The notes beneath the pieces were generated by a model. It saw nothing but the letters and a program-made list of their open reading frames with translations. It ran no database searches and was not told the origin of the DNA. The translations under genes were made by a program, and so were the position numbers. From contig NC_057757.1 of NCBI RefSeq assembly GCF_004010195.1, positions 7,195,722-7,215,721 of the forward strand: a DNA stretch of 20,000 nt, in the 5' to 3' direction. This stretch comes from Chiloscyllium plagiosum (lineage: Eukaryota). The stretch's first letter is position 1, and the number at the start of each line of letters is the position of its first letter. Shown here piece by piece: positions 9,481 through 19,152 of the stretch.

Positions 9481-9899
9481 TAGATAGTATTTGAAAGTAG
9501 CAAGCATGTTCTGAAACAGGAAGCTATGAAGAAATCAAACATTTGTAATTTTGCTGTTAATCATAAAGTGTTAGTGTTGCCTCCAGTGAATGGTGAACCT
9601 TTAAAGACAAGATTTATCGAGTCGATAGGAAATTAACTGAAATTAAATCTGACATTTTATAAGAATGTTAGATAGAATGATATCTCACAGAGTGTGTTGT
9701 GTGAATAAGCTCAAAAGGTATTTTTAGAGGGAAGGAAAGCAAAAGGAGAATGTGTTACAGTTTATAACATGGTGAAGAACCAAGTTTAGAGGATTCTGAA
9801 TTGGACATTCCTCTAATTAAATCGAACAATGAGGAAGCTCTCAAAATTGGGCTACATTATTGAGTTACTTTTCAGAGGAAAATCTAAATGACCTGAAAG

Positions 9900-10666
9900 C
9901 ACTGCAGCACAGACAAACTTCGGAAAACAGAGGAGAACCACCTATATAACGTATTCAAGAAGAACAGATACTCAAATAATATAATGTGCAGATTCCTCAA
10001 GAACAAACCACGACAAGCAGACCAAACACAGCCAGAAGCCCTAACCACCTTATCATACATCAAAGAAGTTTCAGAAATGACAGCCAGACTACTAAGACCC
10101 CTCGGAATCCTAGTAGCACACAAACCCACCAACACTCTCAAACAAAAACTAACAAACTTAAAAGACCCAGTACAACCCAAGGACAAAACCAACGTCATCT
10201 ACAAAATTCCATGCAAGGACTGCCACAAACACTACTTAGGACAAACAGGAAGAAAGTTAGCCACCAGGATACACGAACACCAACTAGCTGCAAAAAGACA
10301 TGACCCTCTCTCCCTCGTAGCCCTACACAGGGATGAAAAAAACCACCATTTCGACTGGGACAACACATCTATCCTGGGACAGGCTAAGCAAAGACATGCC
10401 AGAGAATTCCTAGAGGCCTGGCACTCCAACCACAGCGCCATAAACAAACGCATAGATCTAGATGCCATCTATTAACCCCTCAGAAAACGAACAGGAAATG
10501 ACATCACCACAAACCCCAGGAACCCCATCCAGGAGAAAGATATAAATAGAAAGCAGGAGACAACAGCTTCACTTCACTTGGAGGTCACCACTGATGATGT
10601 TACCTAGCCAGGTAATGAAACGTCTGGATATCAAACCTACAGCTCAGCGAGCAAACCTACACCCTA
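9900..10666 (+). mobile_element. 5'-truncated Penelope-like retroelement (end of RT/linker, GIY-YIG endonuclease, terminal repeat)
   Basis: Frame is open from 9900 and includes NVIYKIPCKDCHKHYLGQTGRKLATRIHEH and REFLEAWHS. Flanked by GACCTGAAAG (9890-9899) and GACCCGAAAG (10667-10676), a 10-bp target-site duplication with one mismatch. Confidence 0.93.
10588..10627 (+). ncRNA. Minimal type I hammerhead ribozyme in the Penelope terminal repeat
   Basis: CCA-CTGATGA-T-GTTACCT(AGCC)AGGTAAT-GAAA-C-GTC-TGG: both core boxes, a 7-bp helix II, helix I CCA/TGG and palindromic ACGT in place of helix III. Predicted cleavage is after 10624. Confidence 0.85.
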
Positions 10667-11116
10667 GACCCGAAAGATATTGATTTGTGAGAATAAACTG
10701 GGAAGTCCTAATCTAATTACACATGATGTGGATATAGAAGATACTGTTCCAATAACAACTTTATAGACTTAGCCCTCTAAAGTTGGCAAATGTTCAAAAA
10801 GAGATTGAAAGCATGCTCAAAGACAATATAATTGAAGTGAGTTGAAGTGACTGTAGTCATTGAGCCAAAACCGGATGGTACCCAATGAATATGTGTGGAC
10901 TATTGCAAAGTCAATGCTGTCACAAAATTTGATTCACATCCTATTCCACATTTGGAAGACTGTCTTGAGAAGGTGGGACAAGCAACTTATATTTCTAAGT
11001 TGGACTTCTTCAGAGGATACTGGCAGGTACCTTTATATGAAAGAGCAAAGGAAATCTCAGCTGTCGTGACACGGAATGGACTGTACCTGTTTAAAGTCAT
11101 GCCATTTGATCCTTGG

Positions 11117-11304
11117 GGCAGCATGGACCTGCTTTTGATAACATCGGCAAAGTAGATTTCAGAGGCAAAAATGAAGTGACTCGTTTTGCAGATGAGCAGG
11201 CTGAGACAATGTGGTTGCACTTGTGAAAGACCTGGTGCATGAGCTGCTGGATCAGCAGATTGACAGCTGACATTGTGATCCTTGGCGTTGCTGTTTTCCC
11301 ACTT
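11117..11304 (-). repeat. Unclassified repeat of about 185 bp, copy 2
   Basis: Inverted homologue of 7550-7733; lies within about 10 nt of the point where the Gypsy RT breaks off. Confidence 0.9.
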
Positions 11305-11724
11305 CTGTGGCACACAAAAATTTCTGTTCTCCTTTCAGATCTTCAAAGAGTGTTTGGTCAGTGCTTGGCACTGCTCTATAATAATGTGGACCACACTGTG
11401 TCCAGACCCATGGAGATAAATGCTAACAATAAGTTACCATTTCATATTTATTGTACCTGTCCATGATATTTTAATAATGTGTTTGTATGGAATCTCAATT
11501 TCATTCGTTCATTTGTCTAGGATCCACTCTAGGATCTAACATCTCAATTTTGAGAACACACTCTTGCTGCCATGAAGCTCCATTCACTTCCTTGCCCCAT
11601 TGAACAATCACACAGCTACTCCTTATTACAAAGCAATACAAATTCTCCATTATATCCCAGTGCAGAAATCAATAAGCCATAGACAAATAATCACACTTGC
11701 GATAATTTCTTTTCCTGTTTTAAA

Positions 11725-12606
11725 CTATTTTTCATTTATAGTAAATACAAACAACCACAGATATTTCACCTCTTCTCTGAATTTGCATTGTATTATTGCA
11801 TAGATGGCGGTGTTGGTACAGCGACCCAGAAGCTGAAGTATGAACCCCATCTCCCGAACGTGCACAGGTAGATACAACCTCGTACCCGAAGTAACCCATT
11901 CTCCAAGAAATACAATAGGTCATATATACTGCCCATAACAATATGAAGTTCCCTGATATAGAGTACAGGATAATTATGGACTTCCTGCAACTCTCCATCT
12001 CAGGGTCACTGGGACACTCCCTACAGCCATGACTCCAGAGTCTGCTGTGGGCTCTGTTAGTCACTAAAATATACCTGATTTTAAAAGCATTGAACAGAAA
12101 GATCGCAATAAATGGAATATATGGTGTCAGCATGTAGTGGAAGAATTCAACAGCACCCCATACTTTTGATTGTGCAACACTTTGTATCACATGACAACAA
12201 AACCAAGATAGATTTGCCAAATTGTATCTACTTGTGTACATAAAGTACCAGAAAATATTTTTCAATAGAAAAGCAGAGCAGTTGTTGCTAGAACCACGGT
12301 CGCTGTTTTTTCCACACGGTATTTAGTTTTCAGCTTCCAGGAACAAATGGCGATATAGCGATCGAATGTGAAACTGACTGTGAACCAGACGAAACAGTCA
12401 GTAACAGTGTAGAGCACAACAGCGTGCATGTTACCCACAGGGATATACAACACAAAACTGAGTTGCAAACGATAAACTGAAGGGATATATTAGATTGAAG
12501 ATAATTATCAGTAGATCCGCTGTTGCCATGGCTACCAGGTAACATGTGACACACTTGGAGAGGTCGCACTTACTCCGAGGCAGGATTACAATTGTTAGCA
12601 TGTTAA
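11725..12606 (-). pseudogene. GPR139/GPR142-like class A GPCR main exon, frameshifted
   Basis: Acceptor ctgtttgcgtccttccag ends at 12607. Reads NMLTIVILPRSKCDLSKCVTCYLVAMATADLL (TM1-2), VWFTVSFTFDRYIAIC (DRY), DPEMESCRKSIIILYSISGNFILLW (TM6) and CTNTAIYAIIQCKFREE (TM7/helix 8). At least three frameshifts (about 12480, 12265 and 11880). Confidence 0.92.
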
Positions 12607-12674
12607 CTGGAAGGACGCAAACAGACAGATTAGAATAAGAAAAAAGACAATGTTGATGGAGTTTTATGAACCGA

Positions 12675-12830
12675 TACAGAGCAGCTGTTTCACCTTGTGG
12701 GGCAATCTAGAAGAAAATGTCACAGTTCGAGGTGAAGGGGCATCAGATTTAAAACAGAAATGAGGAGGAATTACTTCCTTCAAAGGGCTATGAATCTGTT
12801 GAATTCACTACCTCAGATTATGGTGGATCA
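12675..12830 (+). mobile_element. CR1 3' fragment
   Basis: Encodes LFHLVGQSR and RFKTEMRRNYFLQRAMNLLNSLP. Confidence 0.8.
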
Positions 12831-13566
12831 ACTGATCAACTACCAAGTTAAAGTGGTCACGAATTGTAATAAGGGCATGGAATATTTCACATGAACGTGG
12901 ACTACAGATGGTGAAATTATTTCACTATGGCTCGCAGTGTGGGTCTTAAAGGGGAATTAAGAAGCACTGCTGAGCACATATCTCAGAAGGCATTAAAACA
13001 GTGAGCAACAATGGTTTCATTTGATTGAGAAATGTTGGATTAGTGATAACTGCTCGCAACTTGGTATTCTCTTTCAACAAGAAGGATCAGCAATGATTGA
13101 AGCCTCCATCGCTACCCTGTGACCTGAGGATGGGAGGAAGATTGCTCTGTGTAAGAACTCATTAGAATTTGCTGCCGTGCAGTGAGGAGATAAATGTTAT
13201 TGAGTTATGACTGGGTTAGCTACAATGAACCTCTTGCAGCATTTTTCATCATTCATGGATTAAGATTAGGGTCTTAAGGGCATGATCAGTCCTAACTACA
13301 ATCACTACACTGGATTCAAACAAAATAATTCATCATCACAAAGCACAGTAGAAAACAAATTGTTCCAGACTATCTGTGTTCTATCTTTTTCAAGGCAATC
13401 TAACTAGACCCATAACTATCATTTCTTCCAATAGTGTCCCCTTCACATGGTTGGATAATTCTGTTTTGCACATCTCTGTTGAGTCTCATAGAGTCATAGA
13501 GTTTTTACAGCCCAGTAAGAGGTTCCCTCAGCTCATCATGTCCATACTGGCCATCAAACATCTACC

Positions 13567-15350
13567 TAGAACACAGAACAGGCCCTTCGGCCCTTGAAGT
13601 TGTGCCGGCCTTTTATCTTACTCTTAAAATCGACTAACTTACATACCCTTCATTGAACTATCATCCATGTGCCTATCCAAGAGTCGCTTAAATGTCCCTA
13701 ATGTATCTGACTGTACTGCCACTGCTGGCTGTACATTCCATACACCCACCACTCTCTGAGTAAAGGACCTACCGCTGACATCTCCCCTAAACCTCCCTCA
13801 AATTACCTTAAAGTTATGCCTCCTCGTGATAGCCATTTCTGCCATTGGAAAAAGTCTCGAGCTAGCCATTCTATCTATACCTCTCAACATCATGTACATC
13901 TCTATTAAGTCACCTCTCATGCTTCTTCGCCCCAATGAGAAAAGCCCTAGCTCCCTCAACCTTTCTTCATAAGACATGCCTTCCTGTCCAGGCAGCGTCC
14001 TGGTAAATCTCCTCTGCACCTTCTCTAAAGCTTCAACATCCTTCCTATAATGAGGCGACCAGAACTGAACACAGTATTCCAATTGTGGTCTAACCAGGGC
14101 TCTATGGAGCTGCAGATAACCTCCCGGCTCTTAAACACAATCCCCTGCTAATGAAAGCCAACATACCATACGCCTTCTTAACAACCCTATCAGCCTGGGT
14201 GGAAACTTTGAGAGATCTATGCACATGGAGCCCAAGATCCCTGTGTTACTCCACACTGCCAAGAATCCTACCTTTAACCTTTATTTTGCATTTAAATTTG
14301 ACCTTCCAAAGTGAACAACTTCACACTTTTCCAGGTTGATCTCCATCTTCCACTTCTCAGCCCAGCTCAACATCCTGTCAATGTCCCATTGCAACCTGCA
14401 ACAGCCCTCCACACTATTCACAACTCCATCAACCTTTCTGTCATTGGCAAACTTCCACTTCCACTTCCTAATCCAAGTCATTGATAAAAATCACAAAGAG
14501 CAGAGGTCCCAGAACTCACCAGAATACCACTGGTCACCGAACTCCAGGCTTATTACTTTCAATCTACTACCACCCTCTGTCATCTGTGGACCAGCTAATT
14601 CTGGATCCAGAGAGCCAAATTTCCTTGTATTCCATGCCTCTTTATTTTCTGAATGAGCTTAACATGGGGAACCTTATCAAATGCCTTGCTAAAGTCCATG
14701 TACACCACATCCACTGCTCTACCTTCATCGACATGTTTTGTTACATCTTCAATTCAATAAGGTTTGTGAGGCATGACCTGCCCCTCACAAAGCCATGATT
14801 AGAGTGGTGCTGGAAAAGCACAGCAGGTCAGGCAGCATCCGAGGAGCAGGAAAATCGACATCTCATGTAAATGCCCTTCATCTGGAATGCTTTTCTAGCA
14901 CCACTCTAATCTTGACTCTGATCTCCAGCATCTGCAGTCCTCACGTTCACCTCACAAACTATGGTTTTCCAAGTAATTATCAATCCTCTTCCAATACTTT
15001 GCCCATCACTGACATAAGACTGACTGGTCTGTAATTCCCAGAATTATTCCTCTTCCCTTTTTTGAACAAGGGAATAACATTTGCCACCCTCCAATCATCT
15101 GGCATTTCTCCAGCGGACAGTGAGGATGCAAAGATCATCGCCAAAGGTGAGGCAATCGCTTCTCTCACTTCCTGTAGCAACCGAGGGTATATGCTGTCTG
15201 GCCTCGCAGATTTGTCTATTCTTAAGTTTTCAAACTTTTCAGCACATCCTCCCTACGAACATTAATCTTTTCTAGCATATCTGACTGTTTCACGTTGTCC
15301 TCAGAAACATCAAGGTCCCTCTCAGTATTGCACACTGAAGCAAAGTATTC
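13567..15350 (-). mobile_element. Younger 5'-truncated CR1 LINE (RT and 3' UTR)
   Basis: Track ORFs EYCVQFWSPHYRKDVEALEKVQRRFTR, KFANDRKV and DWRVANVIPLFKKG...NYRPVSL. Confidence 0.95.
14797..14951. mobile_element. Penelope terminal-repeat insertion made of two inverted partial copies, with a dead hammerhead
   Basis: 14797-14820 and 14888-14911 are 23/24 reverse-complementary. Homologous to 18219-18342. The minus-strand core is mutated to CAGATGA...GAGA. Confidence 0.8.
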
Positions 15351-15480
15351 TAATTCCATTTTCCAGCATTTGGGCATAGCCTTGCATGCCATTGGATTCC
15401 AACTGCTCATCTAAATAGTACATGCTTCGATTAGCTTTTTAGCAGCGAGTTTCAGGTAGGTACAAACCTCTGCGTTCAGA

Positions 15481-15658
15481 GGGCGGCACGGTGGCACAGT
15501 GGTTAGCACTGCTGCATCACAGCGCCAGAGATCTGGGTTCAATTCTTAGGTAAGGGGTAAATGTAGGGGTATGGGTGGGTTGTGCTTCGGTGGGTCGGTG
15601 TGGACTTGTTGGGCCGAAGGGCCTGTTTCCACACTGTAATCTAATCTAATCTAATCTC
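15481..15658 (+). mobile_element. Internally deleted HE1-like SINE with an (AATCT)n tail
   Basis: Head gggcggcacggtggcacagtggttagc...gggttcaattc is joined directly to the 3' part ending gggccgaagggcctgtttccacactgt and (aatct)4. Confidence 0.88.
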
Positions 15659-15661
15659 TCT

Positions 15662-15930
15662 CAAGGTGGCTCAGGGGTTAGCATTGTTTTCTCAGTGCGC
15701 CAGGGATTTGGGTTCAATTCTAGACCTCGGGTGACTGCCTGTATGGAGTTTGTACATTCTCCCTGTGTCTGTGTGCGTTTCCTCCAGGTGCTCTGTTCTC
15801 CTACAGCCTGAATTTGGCCAGCATGGGTGGATTTGCATGCTAAATTGCCCTGTGGTATCCAGGGTGGGCCAGTACAAACTTGACGTGCCCAATGGCCTCT
15901 TTCTGCACAGTAGAGTTTCTGTGATTTCTA
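15662..15930 (+). mobile_element. Older HE1-like SINE
   Basis: A and B boxes, central tggagtttgtacattctccctgtgtctg...ctaaattgccc and a CR1-like tail. Confidence 0.88.
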
Positions 15931-16403
15931 CTCTAAACCTCCTGCTCCTGGTCTTAAAACAATGTTCTTAGTTATTAACCCCTGTACTATGGGGAAAGGT
16001 GTCGACCTGTCAATGTGCTTCAGCTCTGAAGATCGATCTCGACACCCTATCCTACCCTCAAACCCTCACTCCTCCAGCCTTTTCTATTCTAATGAAAACA
16101 TTCCAACCTATCCAGTCTCTCTTCATAGCTGAAGTGCTCCAGCCCAGGCAACATGTTTATTAATTTCCTCTGCACCCTCTCCCATGCAATCATGTCCCTC
16201 CTATCATATATGGAGACCAGAACTGAACACAGTACTCCAGCTGTGGCCTGGCTAATGTTATACGTTTTAATTCCCTAATAACTTCACTGCTCTTGTATTC
16301 AATACTTTGACTGAAAGTGACAATTATCCCATATGTCGTCTTTACCATCTTATCTGTCTAATCTGCTCCTACTCGGCATTGTGGGTCAATTTCTTGCTAC
16401 ATT

Positions 16404-17032
16404 TGTTGTGTATTATATATTATCAAAATATATTAAAAAGATAGCTGAGACCCTAACTTTCCCTTATTTTGAAACTAAGTGTAAGCCATTACAGTCCAGA
16501 CGTAATTCAATTGGGCAACCTACTCGAGTTTCAGCAAAACACATTTTATTTTTACACTACAGTTAAAATATAGACAAAATAAATGGAAAAGAATAAAATT
16601 GGCTTAACTGTGACTCTTTTGAAATGTTCAACAAAATTATATATATACATTAGCTACTTTTATTTAACTGTTGCAATATAGTACCATCCCATAAACACAG
16701 CCTTGGCAAAGGCAAGTTCAATAAAATAGGTCGTCTCACATACAATGCCAGCAGCAGGAATTGAATCACAGCTTTTAACTGTAACATGAAAATTAATAAG
16801 AGTTCCCAGGTCCAGCTTCTCCCGAAGGCTAAAACTAAAAACCCTGGTCCTGTGGGATCTTGACACCACCCATTAAGGCTGCCTCTATTGTTCCAACTTT
16901 AAAAAAAATCCAAGGCCTCACAAGCTCTTTCCTTTATTGGCTTTGAGCAGACTGCTTAGTTCCTCTCTCTCAATCCTTCTTCCTAAGAAAGGCAGGACAA
17001 TATGCACATCTCAAAGTCACAGCATTGTCACA
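16404..17032 (-). mobile_element. Probable solo LTR (Gypsy-type)
   Basis: TGT...ACA termini with CATT/CTTT flanks, an AT-rich non-coding body and a minus-strand AATAAA at about 16550-16545. Confidence 0.45.
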
Positions 17033-17239
17033 CTTTGATTATTTAGCTTAATCATCTTTTCTGTGGAAGCTCCGTCAATTACCATGTTCTGTGTCATTTC
17101 ATTGTTAGCACTCCTGGCCATGGGAATAGTTCTAGTATAATGATGTCAAAGATCAGAATTGGGATGTCAATTGTTTACAATCAATGTACTACAAGACCAG
17201 GTAGAGGCTGGAAATACTGCAGTAACTAACTCAACTCCT

Positions 17240-17780
17240 CATTCTCCAAAGCCTGTTCATCATCATCTACAAGGCACAATTCAGGAGTATGATGGAATAT
17301 TCCCACTTTCATGTATGACTTCCTCTCAAAGAACACTCAAGAAGCTCAACATCATTCAGGACAAAGCAGCCCACTTGACTGGCATCACATAAACGTTTCA
17401 TCCCACAAGTAGTAGCAAGGTGTCCCATTTACAAAATATACAGCAGAAAAGTACCGAGGAACTTTAAACAGAATCTTTTAAACCCAGGACCACTTCCATC
17501 CAGAAGGACAAGGGCAGCAGATACATGGGGACACCATCCCCTGCAAGTTCCCCTCTGAGCCACTCCCCGCCCAGACTTGGAATAAATCACTGCTCCTTCA
17601 GTGTCACTGGGTCCAAATTGGGCAACTCCTTCCCGATAGACCCTGTGGATCTACATACAACACATGGACTGCAGTGGTTTTTAAGAAGGCAGCTCACCAC
17701 CTTCTTAGGGTTCAACTAGGGATAGACAACAAATGCTGGCCGGCCAGAGATACCCACATCTCCTGAGAGAATGAAAAGGA
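17240..17780 (+). mobile_element. L2/CR1-group LINE 3' portion
   Basis: Reads IYKAQFRSMMEY and TLKKLNIIQDKAAHL (post-RT LINE motifs); homologous to 4158-4475. Confidence 0.8.
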
Positions 17781-17882
17781 TGTGAGCACACATTGCAATG
17801 TTCCCAGGAAGGAGTGCTTGATAAATGTATTTGCATTCTTTGAGGATGTAAGACAGTAAATGCAGAAAGGGAAAGCAGCAGA

Positions 17883-17990
17883 TGTTCTGAAGAAGTGTCA
17901 TATTGGTCTCAAAATGTTAACTCTGATTCTCTCTCCACAGATGCTGCCAAATCTGCTGAGTTTCTTCAGCACTTTCTATTTTTAATCTGA
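17883..17990 (+). mobile_element. Solo Penelope terminal repeat with a decayed hammerhead, inserted in a short CR1 fragment (17815-18055)
   Basis: GTT-CTGAAGA...AAAA-T-GTT-AAC followed by ctctccacagatgctgcc...ctgctgag; homologous to the antisense of 8420-8521. Confidence 0.75.
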
Positions 17991-18077
17991 TAGATATAAT
18001 GTGTTTGGATTTCCAAAACCCATTCAGTAAGGTTAGAGACAAAAGAATACTACAGGGGTCCCCAGTTTAGACAGCAA

Positions 18078-18560
18078 GACCATAAAACATAGGAGCAGAA
18101 ATTAGGCCATTCGGCCCTTCGAGTCTGCTCCACTAATCAATCATGGCTGATTAGATTCTCAACCCCATTCTCCCGCTTTCTCCCCGTAACTTTTGATCCC
18201 CTTGGGCAATCAAGAACTGAGGAAGGGATAATGCCCGAAACGTCGATTCTCCTATTCCCTAGATGCTGCCTGACCTGCTGCGCTTTTCCAGCAACACATT
18301 TCCATCTCTGATCTCCAGCATCTGCAGACCTCACTTTCTCCTCAATCAAGAACTACCTCTGTGTTAAATATACTCAATGACCTGGCCCTCACAGCCTTTT
18401 GTGGCAATGAATTCCATTGATTCCTTCTGGCAAAAGAGATTTCTCTTTATCTCTATTCTAAAAAGAATACTCTAAGGCTATACCTTCGTGTCCTTGTCTC
18501 TCCTGCATGTAGAAACATCTTTGCACCATCCACTTTGTCCAGGCTGTCAGTATTCTTGTC
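18078..18560 (-). mobile_element. CR1 3' end
   Basis: cataaaacataggagcagaaattaggccattcggcccttcgagtctgctcc tail and the antisense DKVDGAKMFL segment. Confidence 0.88.
18219..18342 (+). mobile_element. 124-bp Penelope terminal-repeat insertion with hammerhead core and 12-bp target-site duplication
   Basis: CAATCAAGAACT at 18207-18218 and 18343-18354; CTGAGGA-A-GGG(ATAATG)CCC-GAAA-C-GTC at 18217-18244. Confidence 0.88.
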
Positions 18561-18937
18561 CCTGGCTACCTGGACAAGGATGAGAAACTTAACGTAGAAC
18601 TGTACAGCACAACAGCAGGGCCTTCAATGTTGTGCCATACATGATGCCAAACAAGAAGGACTGTAAAGTCGAACCCTATTTCTTCATTCTTCTTCGGCTT
18701 GGGCATTGTGCAGTTCGGTTTATTTTTCTGTGCTTTCAGATGATCCTGGAGAGTGACTTTTCACCTTATTTTACAGCAAAATACATGTGACATTAAATAA
18801 GTCAGATCATCCTCCACTTCCCTGCCTTTTCCCCATAACCTTGATTCCATTATTGATTTACTGCGCTGTCCCACTGTGCTTGATCTTACCCATATTGTTC
18901 CATTGCTTCAACTTTTGTCTTTAGATTTCAAACTCTT

Positions 18938-19152
18938 GTCGGAGTACTGCTATAACACACACTTCTTCAACACAAATTGGTCATAACTCGATTGAAGAAT
19001 TGAGACTGTTAGTTGTACAACCCGAACTTTCCTTGCCTTTATTGCTACAACTCGATTCTGGTCCCTTTGGTTTACATGACGCTGCCATTACGCAATTTTC
19101 ATATAATGAGAGATCGCACAGAAATGGAACTATCGCGTTATAAACAGACTGT
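18938..19152. mobile_element. MITE-like non-autonomous DNA transposon (Tigger/pogo-like)
   Basis: Decayed inverted ends (ctgctataacac versus gcgttataaacag) and internal repeats of an ataacgcgatt-like motif at about 18983, 19046 and 19087. Confidence 0.6.

Larger units (their letters stand above)
9481..11108 (+). mobile_element. Degenerate Ty3/Gypsy pol fragment with integrase C-terminus upstream of RT (Gmr1-like), interrupted by a Penelope insertion
   Basis: 9502-9725 reads KHVLKQEAMKKSNICNFAVNHKVLVLPPVNGEPLKTRF...HRVCCVNKLKRYF (integrase GPY/F-region pattern). 10700-11108 reads ITHDVDIED..., KPDGTQ, VDYCKVNAVTKFDSHPIPHLEDCLEKVGQATYISKLDFFRGYWQVPL...GLYLFKVMPF (Gypsy RT N-terminal half). Confidence 0.85.
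13483..16375 (-). mobile_element. Older CR1 3' portion split by nested insertions (pieces 13483-13566, 15351-15480, 15931-16375)
   Basis: The tail catagagtcatagag, the 3' UTR and the antisense LEYCVQFWSP segment are collinear once the inserts are removed. Confidence 0.7.

Noticed and set aside
9884..10468. Alternative-frame and antisense ORFs (104, 105 and 78 aa)
   Set aside because: Shadows of the A/C-rich Penelope ORF.
13370..13440. Possible remnant of GPR139-like exon 1 (IALKKIEH on the minus strand)
   Set aside because: Lacks the expected YYP...GVP segment and a splice donor.
15481..15546. tRNA-like sequences here and at about 5480-5540, 9270-9344 and 15662-15720
   Set aside because: They are SINE heads joined to SINE bodies and do not form complete cloverleaves.
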